A stretch of DNA of 63,570 nt, counting the filler, from Lenisia limosa (lineage: Eukaryota; Protista; Breviatea), in the NCBI GenBank assembly GCA_001655205.1. It is 16 parts of 16 records of this genome, joined end to end, with 100 filler letters (N's around TTAATTAATTAA, not from the genome) between each part and the next. Parts side by side here need not be neighbours in the genome. Positions count along the whole stretch, not along the records: positions 48,837 to 52,578 come from LPNZ01008534.1; positions 52,679 to 53,734 come from LPNZ01000137.1; positions 53,835 to 55,582 come from LPNZ01003503.1; positions 55,683 to 58,708 come from LPNZ01006393.1; positions 58,809 to 62,142 come from LPNZ01002446.1; 11 more parts are not named here. One strand, given 5' to 3'. A program made the translations under genes and the position numbers. The notes under the pieces were generated by a model. That model was not told where the DNA came from, did no database searches, and saw nothing but the letters and a program-made list of their open reading frames with translations. Shown here piece after piece: positions 49,140 to 60,539 of this stretch (position 1 is the first letter of the stretch; the number at the start of each line of letters is the position of its first letter).

Positions 49140-52100
49140 TACGAATTGGGACCATTTCAACATCATCGACATTACCCTCGTGCGTGAACTCGCCATCATC
49201 CTAAGCAGTTATTCTATATCCCAAGTTGCTTCCAATTCATTTCTTGCTCTTGAAGCTTCACTCTGTTCGGAAATGTATATCATATCGACATTTATCGAGG
49301 AAATAACAATAAATGGAGTCTTTTTCCGGCCTACAATAGCACTCAGAGTAGGCTCGTAAACACTTCTGGGGGTGTAGCCAGGATAGAGGCGCAGGGCTTC
49401 GTCAACAGCTGAGCAATTAGGGCTTCACTCCGGTCCGAACACCGTATAATATCGCTTCACATAGGTCATACAGTGGAAATGTAAAATTACAAGTTAGCCC
49501 ACAAACCACGGGTATAATGGCGGTCACTCCAGAACTCAACAAAGTCCTTGTTGGTACGGGAGCCGGCAGCGATCGAAGGGTNNNNNNNNNNTCGTATAAA
49601 GCTTCTGCCACCTGGAGGGTCAAAAATAAAGGTTAAAACCCAGGTAATACAAACGGCAATCTATGAAACAAAAAACCAATCAACAATGAGCTAAACAATT
49701 AAGACGCACACGAGGGTTGAATGAAAACAATAAAACAAACAAAGCCAGGCCAGTCACTACCCAGGGGGGGGGGGNNNNNNNNNNNNNNNNNNNNNNNNNN
49801 NNNNNNNNNNNNNNNNNNNNNNAACCGAAAGTGAAGCTCTAGAGAACCGAAGGGCCACTGACCGCTTTCTGGCGGTATCGAATGAGCTGGGGACGACGGC
49901 GGCTGGAGCCTCAATTGTGATTTCGAAGTCCGCGGGGCGAAGCTCGCGCTTGGCGTACATTTCTGAATTGCGTTACCTCGTGACATATCTGTTACAGAGC
50001 TCAATAAATGTTTGAAAAAACAATATTGATATTTATCCTTCACATAGAAATCAGCACAAAAAAGTGGGGAAGAGGATAATGATAATACAATAAATAGTAC
50101 TTCACCCAATCATTTACCTGACTGAATCATATATTGTAGTGACGGCTGCAAACACTGGATTAGGCCCAACATACCCTTGGCAAGACAGAATACCAGGCTG
50201 TTGATCAGAGGGTTGTTGTGGCGATGATGCATGACAACAGTTGACATGACTGGGGGCATGAAGGTATGAAATATGTTAGCACTCAGTGAGATGGTAATAT
50301 GTCCGGTAGAAGAGTTTCATTGATACTTGTCGGTCAATTATTAAACGAGTGAATAAGAGGAAATATTAAGATGTAGCTATATGCATATCATTTTCTATAT
50401 CATATAAAATGTGTACATATTCGGGCAGACAGATTTTGAATGAAGGGTCCATCCTAGGAGGTCCGGCGGTGTCATCAGTGACAATGTAAGTCTTGGGTGC
50501 GTCCATACGAGGGAAGCGGATGAGAACCTTTAAACGTGAGACTCGTCTGCCCAGTTATACACATGAGCTTTATATATGTACCTAGTTATATACATGAGCT
50601 TTATATGTGTGCCTAGTTCAATACATGAGCTTTATATGTGCTTCACTTTCGGTTCCAAAAAAGAATGAATTCTCGATTAATATCGAAAATATCGATAATT
50701 TACCCATCTTTTAGAATTGAAAAGAAGCTTCCTATGGGTAGCCCATGTATTGAACTAGGCACACATATAAAGCTCATGTATTGAACTAGGTGCGCATATA
50801 AAGCTCATGTTTTGAACTAGGTACATACATAAAGGTCATGTATTAGGTACACATATATAAAGCTCATGTATTGAACTAGGCACACATATAAAGCTCATGT
50901 ATTGAACTTGGTACACATACATGCATAAAGCTTACCGTCGGTCACCACAAACAACCGCGCTTACGAAAACAACTTCCACGATAATGCCGATGATAGCCGA
51001 GAAGGTTCCACCGATGAAGTTGACGATGACGCCGAAGAAATCAAGAACCATGAAGAGCCATGCGCTGCAGGGTCAAAAGGGATATACTTGTTGGTTAGAG
51101 CTCCACTTTCGGTTCAAAAAGAGGGAACTTTTCGACCGAAAGTGAAGCTCTATTGTTTTGTATCACATTTTTGGAATAGTGGCTGGGTAAAATCAAACAC
51201 ATTATTCAAAAAGTATGTATAATACACCTTCCCTACTGTCCGAAAACTGGTTCTTTTGTTAAATCGTAAATTGTAACACTTTCCCCCACCCCAGTTTGTT
51301 TATGGTATCCCTATGTATTTGCTGTATCCCAGGTTGTTTTATTGTTTCTTTTTTCTAAAAACTAGAGCTTCACTTCCGGTTCCACAAACGACCGAATTCG
51401 CGATAAATCCTCGATAAATGTCGATAAACTACACATCTTTTGGAACTGAAAGTGAAGCTCTACAATAAACAAAAAACCCCCAAGGTACTTCTTGATGCGC
51501 TCTTTGCCGTCACATGCGACGAAGCGGACGAGGATCAGAGTCAGCAATTTGAACCACAGCATAACGGACACTGGGTGAGGAAATGAGAAATAAACGGTCA
51601 AGAAGTNNNNNNNNNNNNNNNNNNNNNNNNNNNNNNNNNNNNNNNNNNNNNNNNNNNNNNNNNNNNNNNNNNNNNNNNNNNNNNNNNNNNNNNNNNNNNN
51701 NNNNNNNNNNNNNNNNNNNNNNNNNNNNNNNNNNNNNNNGAATGAGGATCAACTTCTTAGCCTTTTCCACCATTTTATCGACGGCGTCATCCGGAAGGAG
51801 CATCAGACCGGCAACAACAAGCGTAATCACAAAGAGCATCAGGAGCTACACTCAGGTTAAGCTCTGAGGGCTGTTATTAGGGCCTCCCTACGGCCCCAAA
51901 AAGATCGTTCGATGTATCAAGGATTTATGGAACAATTAAGTCTTTTTAGGGAGCGATGGGAAGCTCTTGCTATTGTCCAAGAACTGCCAGAAAAAAAGAA
52001 AAAAATCCGCAGAATTGGATAATGCTTAGAGCCACCAATAGGGCTAGTATTATGATGGGACACTGCCTTGGTCTAATCTCGGTAAACACTGCTAGAATTT

Positions 52101-52400
52101 GATAAAAATACCGATAAAAATTTCCATAAATCTCGATTATTCTCTAGTTTTTTGAGTGTTATAACAGAAGCCTACTTGGAAGATGATGATACGTCCGCAC
52201 TGGAAACCCGTGTACTTCTGAGCAACAAATGTGGGGAAAGTGAATCTAAACCATGACCTTTGCTTGCAGTGAAGTTTGAACTGGCTACATATCATGTATT
52301 GAAGGTACATATAAAGCTCATGTATTGGTCATATCATCAACCCCCCCCCCACCGGTGACCGAACCAAGTGTGCTTGCGTCGAAGAGTAAAGTACTAAAAA
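49140..52400 (-). CDS. multi-pass membrane protein of unrecognised family (partial)
   Basis: Exons RSWFRFTFPTFVAQKYTGFQCGRIIIFQ, LLMLFVITLVVAGLMLLPDD, LWFKLLTLILVRFVAC, AWLFMVLDFFGVIVNFIGGTFSAIIGIIVEVVFVSAVV, followed by polar exons. Confidence 0.5.
50550..50930. repeat. foldback-like palindrome of 30-bp tandem units around a family A MITE
   Basis: Three inverted units (CCTAGTTCAATACATGAGCTTTATATGTGTG, 50550-50640), a MITE A (50641-50728) and ~6 direct units (ATATAAAGCTCATGTATTGAACTAGGCACAC, 50741-50930). Confidence 0.8.
51098..51150. mobile_element. MITE family A, internally deleted copy with TA flanks
   Basis: ta-GAGCTCCACTTTCGGTTC...GACCGAAAGTGAAGCTC-ta. Confidence 0.75.
51365..51460. 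mobile_element. MITE family A copy with TA flanks
   Basis: ta-GAGCTTCACTTCCGGTTCC...GGAACTGAAAGTGAAGCTC-ta. Confidence 0.8.
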
Positions 52401-52823
52401 AGTGGTGAAATACTTGGAAAACAAAAGTGTTGAGGGGTGAAAATATGTAGAAAAGAAAAGGAAGTATCAGGCCGAAGCCGTCCACATCATCACGCTTATA
52501 AGGGTTCTAATGAGTATAGTACGATAAATATTAATTCACCCAATCATTTGCCTGACAACTCTGTGTACACAGCTTTCTNNNNNNNNNNNNNNNNNNNNNN
52601 NNNNNNNNNNNNNNNNNNNNNNTTAATTAATTAANNNNNNNNNNNNNNNNNNNNNNNNNNNNNNNNNNNNNNNNNNNNGATCATCGTAATATTCCTAAAT
52701 CCGATACCCTTTCGCTCTTTTTTTTCGCCCTTTTTTTTCACCATCTATGCCCTCAGTGAATACCACTACAACTACAACCGTTGTATTAATGATTATCGTA
52801 TCCCCACATACCCTCATTGCCCA

Positions 52824-53141
52824 GGCCAGCCTCATGCCGACGTCATGGTGCTGGTCTGCCCGCAACGCAAGGCTCTCCCAACACTCCTGTCCATCCGTTG
52901 GACTTCAATCCTCCCAACAGTGTAGGCTTTCGTTTCTTGTATTTTTCGTATGATTTGATGTTAATGTGCTCTGGTAGTTGGATATATGACGTTTTTTCCA
53001 TCGTTATTTTCAATCATCATTTTGAGCCTGCTTTCAACCAATGATGCTCTTTATTGCTGCCATTTGACTCCTCTAGGCGCCTTCACCCACAGCTCTCTTC
53101 AACTCCACGTCCATACCAAAAGTGTCTCCTCCGTCAAAGTG
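52824..53141 (+). CDS. hypothetical protein exons
   Basis: Two GC-richer segments bounded by C-rich acceptors and gt donors (second exon GAFTHSSLQLHVHTKSVSSVK). No family recognised. Confidence 0.25.
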
Positions 53142-53834
53142 AGGTTTTTTTTTACTCACAGCTTTTTTAAAGTGTTGATAATGCTTTTTTTGAGCCTTGC
53201 ACAATATTCCTTTGTTCCTTATCTGCTCTTTTCCCTTTCATTCTGAACCTTTGTCTAATCTGTTAGATTAACCCCAAGTAAATCCGCACCCCAGTTCAAA
53301 ACCACTCCAATCTCCAAGCCAAAAGTATGTGGAAATCTTAGAATCAAACAAGGAATGCTGGTTGATATTGGAGTGCAGTTTGTAAATCACTTCCGTATTA
53401 GAAATACAGTGAAGTTCTTGGATCAATATCGGTATCATATATATGTAGTTCCCAAACCTTGCTACCAATGTCACATTTTTCTAAACCTCTAGTCGCATTT
53501 ACTGCGGAAATCATCGTCTTCCCTCAAGGAGCCGCCCCATGCTGCCGCAATTGTTCGACAACACAAACGGCAGAAGCCAAGCGGTATGATATGGGATCAT
53601 ATGACCAGTATACCGGGCGGGAATGATTTTGAGTCAATTGAAGCTGAAAGAACTTCTGGAAGTAAACTGAATTTTGTATCAGGAAAAGTGCAACTGAAAT
53701 CTTATTTAGCACTGTCTGATTATGGTTTAATTCANNNNNNNNNNNNNNNNNNNNNNNNNNNNNNNNNNNNNNNNNNNNTTAATTAATTAANNNNNNNNNN
53801 NNNNNNNNNNNNNNNNNNNNNNNNNNNNNNNNNN

Positions 53835-55582
53835 CAATGACGCCTCCGGACCCATTATTGTATCCGAGCCGGCCACCACTGCTGCCCTCAGCTTCCAGCT
53901 CACCGCCAAGCCCACGTCAACTGTATCGTTCACGTGCCGCTCGTCCGATACTACCGAAGTGGGGGGGTGGCAAGACTGAGAGGGGTTATCACAACATTGG
54001 GTGTTTATTTTTTAGCACAAGTGTCCTATTTTGAACAACCGATTCACAATATAACCATTGTTATCAAGTGGTTCATGAATAGTGCTCTTAATGGGGATAA
54101 TGTTGTTAACAATGGGATAATGAAAAGCATGAGACCAGGGCACAATGGGATAATGAAAAGCATGGGTCCAGGACACATAAATTGCGAATAAAATATTTCA
54201 AATAAAATTCAATATCTCTTATTAGCGTGATGGTGTGGACGGCTTCGGCAAGATACAGCCTATTTTATTTATTATTTTTTTTCCCATTGNNNNNNNNNNN
54301 NNNNNNNNNNNNNNNNNNNNNNNNNNNNNNNNNNNNNNNNNNNNNNNTCAGATAATATATATGATATATTTAAAATATGATGAATCACAGTCAGTTTATT
54401 AACAACTTCCTCTGGTGATTTAACCCGGTTTTTAGGGTACGCTTTCAATGGGACCAAGCCCTCCTGCTGGCGTCACCATCACCAACACTGGAGAGGTGGG
54501 GATGTCTATTGCGGTTTATGATGTATTTATTGGTTTATGTTCAGCCTTGATGCTTCTTACAAACCCAATTTCCTCATCCCCATTAACCCTATAACAGTCC
54601 ACATCATCATCCCCTGGAGTAGTCGGCCTTCAGATCAACCCGGCATCCTGGGTGTATGGCACTTCAGTAGGGTGGTCTTGTAGGTCTTATAGGTCTTATA
54701 GAGGCTTTTAGAAAGTTATGAGAGGATTTTTAGTTTCTCAGTTTTTTTTTTGTTTTGTTTTGTTTTGTTCAGGAAGTACTCTTGTTTAAATAATACAGTA
54801 GATTTAATATTAAAACGAGTTTTTATAACTTTTCTCGGATCATTCAGGCTTAACCGCGATTTCCCATGATATCGAAATGCCTATAGTCCACTGACTCTCC
54901 AGATTCCCATAATCCTGACTGCGAATGACGATTACGATATCGATGGAGGCCAGAGTTTCAATGTGGGTGTTGGGGTTTGGTCTTTTAGAGGTTTGGGCGG
55001 AAGGAATGATGTTATTAAAAACCTAAGAGGTGAGACCAGAGATATATTTTCTAAACTTTAGATTAATGGCTAAGATCAACATGTGGCTGGATGTGGTTCT
55101 GGGGTGGATTTCGTCTTGGGCTTCCAAATTTCTCAATAAATTCTTGATAATGCTCGGAGTTGATTTTGGCTTTTTTTGGTCAAAAAAATTTCCGATTTCA
55201 CCCCAACCCCCCAGATCGACTGCGGACCAGTCTCCACACTTGACGCGTCCTTCGCAAATCTCGAACAAAGTTTCCCCGCAGTTTGCTCCGACGACGACTC
55301 TGCCGCCCTTGTTACTTCGGTAAGGGGAAGGGGTTTTTATATCTTTTCCTTGGAGGGTGCTTGTTTCCATTATATTTAGGGATTCCCTACGGTCCCAAAA
55401 AAGACTCAATTTGTCGATAAATCCTCAATAAATATCAATATTTAATCTGTCTTTTTTGGACCGTAGGGAAACCCTAATTATATCTACCATAACATCCACA
55501 CCACCGCTTTTCTTAATACCCTCCATCAGGCACTCCAGAACCCCACGACCAAAGACGGAAGTACGTCGGAAGCGGGCGGCAC
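53835..55582 (+). CDS. surface protein with bacterial-type Calx-beta/cadherin-like repeats (partial, intron-containing)
   Basis: Spliced: IIVSEPATTAALSFQLTAKPTSTVSFTCRSSDTTE-GT...LQINPASW...IILTANDDYDIDGGQSFNIDCGPVSTLDASFANL...CSDDD...STSEAGG. This follows the repeat pattern T.EAGG.ATF.V.L...PT..V....SSDTTEG....L.F...NW...V.V.G.DD...DG.Q.Y.I.....S.D..Y..L....V.N.DND that I recall from large bacterial surface proteins. Confidence 0.7.
55379..55474. mobile_element. MITE family A, subfamily A2 copy with TA flanks
   Basis: ta-GGGATTCCCTACGGTCCCAAAAAAGAC...GTCTTTTTTGGACCGTAGGGAAACCC-ta. A second A2 copy lies at 51880-51966. Confidence 0.8.
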
Positions 55583-55682
55583 NNNNNNNNNNNNNNNNNN
55601 NNNNNNNNNNNNNNNNNNNNNNNNNNTTAATTAATTAANNNNNNNNNNNNNNNNNNNNNNNNNNNNNNNNNNNNNNNNNNNN

Positions 55683-57472
55683 AACCCCCACCTCTATGGC
55701 TGCGTCAACAACATCTGATAACGGAGCAAGTCTCTGAGGAAATAAAACCAATGGTACAACTCTGAACAAAGTCAAAACTCACATCAAGTGTAATTTTCTT
55801 AGTCTGTCCGTCAGGGAATCTAAGACGAAGCTTGGCTCTATAACCGTTAACCATTTCTGACTATCTTACGTTTGAAGTTCCTTTTCTCTTCTCTCCGCTT
55901 CTTCCTCAGCCTTCTTCTTGGCAATCCTCTCCTTCTCTGCCAACTTGGCGGCTTTCTTCTTCTCCATCGCTTTCATTGTTTCTATATGCTTTTTGTTGCG
56001 CTCTACTGCCAGTTGGTCGTCCAAAGAAACCTACAGATGATGAAACTTTAGAATATATCTGGCTTTATACCTCCTATGTGCAGTTTAATTGTTAGAAGAA
56101 TTTCAACCAATAAAGACCAATAATTGTGCTTTGATAGATACCGTTGTATAATATACTACATGATATTTGCAATATATACATATGATATTGATCATCAAAT
56201 TCTCACAAAAAAGTACCCACTTTAATTTTGTCCGGAGTAGTGTCAAGCTTTCCACTTGACACTTGAGGCTTGGGTGAAGGAACGGGTGATGAGGAAGGAG
56301 GAGAACTGGCGGGTGCTTCAATGGGGGCTGACNNNNNNNNNNNNNNNNNNNNNNNNNNNNNNNNNNNNNNNNNNNNNNNNNNNNNNNNNNNNNNNNNNNN
56401 NNNNNNNNNNNNNNNNNNNNNNNNNNNNNNNNNNNNNTAAATGAGGTACACGCTGACCACAAACCGGAACCTGTCTTCTTCTTTTCAAGCAATTTCCGCT
56501 TTCTCTCCTCAAACAACGCTCGATTCCTCTCCTTGTCTTTCTGAATCGTAAACCCTTCCCATATTCCTCTCCATTCAGTAGTTCCTTCCAAATACGCCAA
56601 CCCTTTGCATTTCGGCATGTCGTTCGGCCGCGGTTAAGATCTTCTTCGGTTCCCTGAGGTCTTCAGCAGCATGCTCACTTTCATCCTTGACAGGGGCTTC
56701 AATGACCTCATGGACGGAGGGATCGACCTGGGCGGGAGGCTCGATAGCGTTGACGACGTCGACAATCTTGTCCTTGGTGTAGGACGCGGCGGGACCGAAG
56801 GATGCCGTCACCAGCTGGCCGGACCGAGCATTGAACAGATAAATGAACGGCAACTGGGGGGGGGGTGATGGAAATGACCCCTCCTATGGGCTAAACATCT
56901 AAAACTCATACAATGATGATTTGATTTTTTGAAAAACAAGTAACACCAGGCACAAATTTTAGCTTGAAAAGGGAATGTATNNNNNNNNNNNNNNNNNNNN
57001 NNNNNNNNNNNNNNNNNNNNNNNNNNNNNNNNNNNNNNNNNNNNNNNNNNNNNNNNNNNNNNNNNNNNNATATCAGCACGAGTTAAAAAATCCGCTTCAA
57101 ACCGCATAGACTGGGAAGTGCTGGGAGAAAACAGCGGCGTCATCACCACTCAAGTGAACAACTGGCAAGTGATACGCCAAGTCTCCTTCCTACAAGGTCA
57201 AAACTGAAAAAGCTCAAAATCCACACAATAGGTGACCTCTGTATTTCTCACCTCAATGCTGCTGATAAGTTCGTGGGCTTCGCATGTGGCTGGATCCTCC
57301 AACGAAGTTCCTTATTTGTAAGGAGGTGGACAGAGAAAGAGGGAGAGGGGGGGGGGTCAAAAATTAGTATTTTTCACCAGTTTTTACCTGTAATAAGAAC
57401 AAGAAGAATGTTTTTGGAGCGGCAGGTCGACGTAATCACTTCGGTTACTTCACCAGTTTGATAGACGGACAT
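55683..57472 (-). CDS. UBXN4/erasin-like UBX-domain protein
   Basis: MSVYQTGEVTEVITSTCRSKNILLVLITG; AAVFSQHFPVYA...NARSGQLV (thioredoxin-like N-terminal domain); coiled coil KDKERNRALFEERKRK...AEEEAERREKE; UBX start AKLRLRFPDGQT...APLSDV. Confidence 0.7.
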
Positions 57473-57790
57473 TATGACTCTTGTGAATTGCAATTAAATT
57501 AATAGACAATTATGTAAAACTATAATTCAAGCAAAAAGAGGAAAGGTGGGGGAAAGGGGGAAAAGAGGGTAAAAAAGCTGATTTGATCAATAGATCAAAT
57601 TGCTTGCCAGGGGTTAACTTCCATCTTCCATCTTGCTTCCGGCTTCCATCATTGTCCCTCTTTTTGTCCTTTTTGCTGTTGCTGTTTTTGCCTTGTGCCT
57701 TTGGCGTTTGAATTGTGCGGTGTTTAGAAATTGGGAAGGAAAATTGCTGAGAAAAATATCAAATAAGTGGTAGCCAGAACCATACTCACA

Positions 57791-58649
57791 ATGGTTCCGT
57801 ACAGTGATCGAGGTGAAGGAGATAGTGATGATGAAAGGGAAGTCACAGACAAATTGAAGCATCTCCTCGAGAACAATGAAGAGTACGAACATCATTTGGA
57901 GCTGAGGAAGAAGAGTATGTATGACCTTCTTGACCGTTACACATTGGCCTTCATTGAGCAAGACCCTGTTCAAAACGCCAAGGTGAGGCAAGTGAATATC
58001 GGAAAACATTACTACGAAATGTGGACCACTTCAATTTAAGACTAATTATATAGCTATCCCCCCACGAGCTCACCACCAAAGTCCAAAGGATGGTAAGGGG
58101 GATGTTGCCTTTTATAAGGACGGTAAGGGGGATGTTGCCTTTTATAAGGACGGAAAGGGACGTGTTGCCTTTTTATTCTCCAGATTGATGCAGGAGACTT
58201 TGAAGAGCAGTATCAGCGTCTCATGGATGATGAAGGTGCGTTTCTGGATCAGTCAATAGCTCTTTTCGTTTTCCTTATTCAGTACCGCAGTTATGCAGTA
58301 CGATTGGGGAATTGAAAATTATCAAAATATTCTCCCTTATCTTCATCATAGCAATACTTAGCCAACCCCCCTTTTTAGCATGGGATTTGTGAGGATAGCA
58401 TCTTTGTAAAATGTTACTGTTTAGTTATGAATAAAGAGCTCGAACGAGTTGCTGAGAGCACTGCTGACCGTAAGAGGACAAATATGCTGTTGCTGGTCTT
58501 GCTATTCTTATTTCAATAACAATTAAGGTTTATTCTCTTCCCTTCCGGAATACCAAAAAGACAAGAAGGCCCCTGCAGTGGTGGAAGTTGCTGATCAGGA
58601 GAGAACACGACATTATCATCGAGACCGTGATATGTCAGCTTTAAAATAA
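57791..58649 (+). CDS. hypothetical acidic/coiled-coil protein
   Basis: MVPYSDRGEGDSDDEREVTDKLKHLL...EQDPVQNAK-LSPHELTTKVQRM-IDAGDFEEQYQRLMDDE...; the first junctions splice phase-compatibly. Confidence 0.5.
58086..58175 (+). repeat. 30-bp tandem triplication spanning a splice donor
   Basis: AAGGA(T/C)GGTAAGGGGGATGTTGCCTTTTAT twice plus one degenerate copy. Confidence 0.85.
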
Positions 58650-58808
58650 CTGAACAAACAACACTAAGTCCATTTAGGGTGGTCATCCTATATATATGTA
58701 TATAGTATNNNNNNNNNNNNNNNNNNNNNNNNNNNNNNNNNNNNNNNNNNNNTTAATTAATTAANNNNNNNNNNNNNNNNNNNNNNNNNNNNNNNNNNNN
58801 NNNNNNNN

Positions 58809-59861
58809 TGTACTATCGAAATGCCTCAGCAGCAATTCTGGTTTTTGATGTCACTGACGAGGTTGGCTGGGAGGCCGCTATCCAAGCACTCTACCAAGGG
58901 CTTCACTTCGATAAAAAAAAAATACCGGGAAAATATCGATAATTTTCGAGGATTTAGAGAGAAATATAGTTTTTTGAACCAAAGTGAAGCCCTAACTCTA
59001 CTTCTCTTAGCTATTCATGTGATCTTTTTACAAGCGTGCGTGATGGTTGACGGCTTTGGCCAGATACTACCTGTTTCAAATCTAATTTCTACATATCATA
59101 TGCATATGATAGAGTAGTATACTACATACAATGTGTTCTTTTGATGCCTTAGTACTTGATAATTTTACCCGGAGCATCGTTCACAATATCCTCACATTTC
59201 ATTCATACATTTTTACGGAGTAATGGGATGTGGGTGCAGGGGCTACTGACATGGGCTTCGTTTTGTTTTGTTGTACGGGTCACCATTTCGACATCATAAT
59301 TCCAAATGGATAACACGAAGAAATTAAGCTGCTGTTTCACCCTCCTTCCACCTTAACCCGCGAGAGTATTGAAAACAATATACCGTGGATGTAGGTTCGG
59401 ATCTAAAAAAAAACAATCAAAACAGGTTAAGTAATGTTGAATCTTCGATAAAAGATGCTCTGACCATGATTGAGCTTTATAGTCATCAATCGTGTCACCA
59501 TTTCAGGCCTCCTTTGACCGTGTGCAATACTGGGCGGACGACCTGAGTAAAAACGGCCCGGAAGACGTCCACGTAGTCGTCGTGGCTAACAAGATCGACT
59601 TGCCGCAGGATATGCGTGTGGATCGAGAGGTGATGAGGGGGTAATCTGTAAATGGCCAGCATGAGGCTTGAAGGCAAATGAATTGGTGGATTAATAGTAT
59701 ACTCTATCCAAGATCTCTGATAAGCGTTTACAAGATTCTGCAATTATACACTCACCGCCGCCCCCAGAAAGCCGAGAGTTATTGTAAGAAAAAAGGCCTG
59801 CCCTATTTCGAGACTTCTGCAAAAACGGGGGAAAATATTGAAAACGTTTTTTACTCATTAC
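58809..59861 (+). CDS. Rab GTPase, Rab5/Rab22-related (internal exons only)
   Basis: YYRNASAAILVFDVTDE-ASFDRVQYWADDLSKNGPEDVHVVVVANKIDLP...-KAESYCKKKGLPYFETSAKTGENIENVF (G4 NKxD, G5 ETSAK). The P-loop exon is beyond the gap. Confidence 0.88.
58898..58992. mobile_element. MITE family A copy in a Rab intron
   Basis: GGGCTTCACTTCGAT...GAACCAAAGTGAAGCCC-ta. Confidence 0.7.
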
Positions 59862-60539
59862 GTATGTTGGGGGGAAAGCTGTGCACAGAGTTGTAGCTTG
59901 CAAGGCAAATGATTAGGTGAATTATATTATGTCATAGTATATTTCTATGAATATTATACTCAATTCTTTGGTGTTTCAGATTATTCGGTTTGTGATTAGT
60001 AGCTTTAAGCCAATATTCTCTATCTACAATCCCCCCCCCCCCCCAACACTTTTANNNNNNNNNNNNNNNNNNNNNNNNNNNNNNNNNNNNNNNNNNNNNN
60101 NNNNNNNNNNNNNNNNNNNNNNGCTCTAAAAAAAGATGTTGTTAGTGTGGCTGTATTTAATGTTTCCTTGAAATTTCCTGCGGGTAGCACCCCCAGGAAT
60201 AATATATTTCCTTAGTTCTTCAAATTCAAGGGATTGCGAGTTTGTAGCCGATAATCTGCTGTTCCATATGGAAGTTATAGAAGGAATAGGGGGGGGGGGT
60301 GGATACAATTCTATTGAAGGAATGGGGGTAGATTTTATGAGATCAAGAAAACCGAGTTTAGGAATCCCACGTTGACTTGGGATTCCCAACTTTTTCATGA
60401 GAATGCCACCCTCTTACCCTTGAATAATTTTCAAATACATTAAAACCAAAATGAAATGTGAAGAAACATACAAATATGATAAGGAAAAAAATAAAATAAG
60501 AAAACGAAATCAGAAACACATATAATAATACATAATACC

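Noticed and set aside
50741-50930. CRISPR-like array
   Set aside because: The 30-bp units are head-to-tail with no unique spacers, lie in a eukaryotic intron, and no cas genes are present.
56103-56618. ORF MPKCKGLAYLEGTTEWRGIWEGF as a distinct protein
   Set aside because: The N-terminal part is intronic in the UBXN4-like splice model; only the later part is exon.
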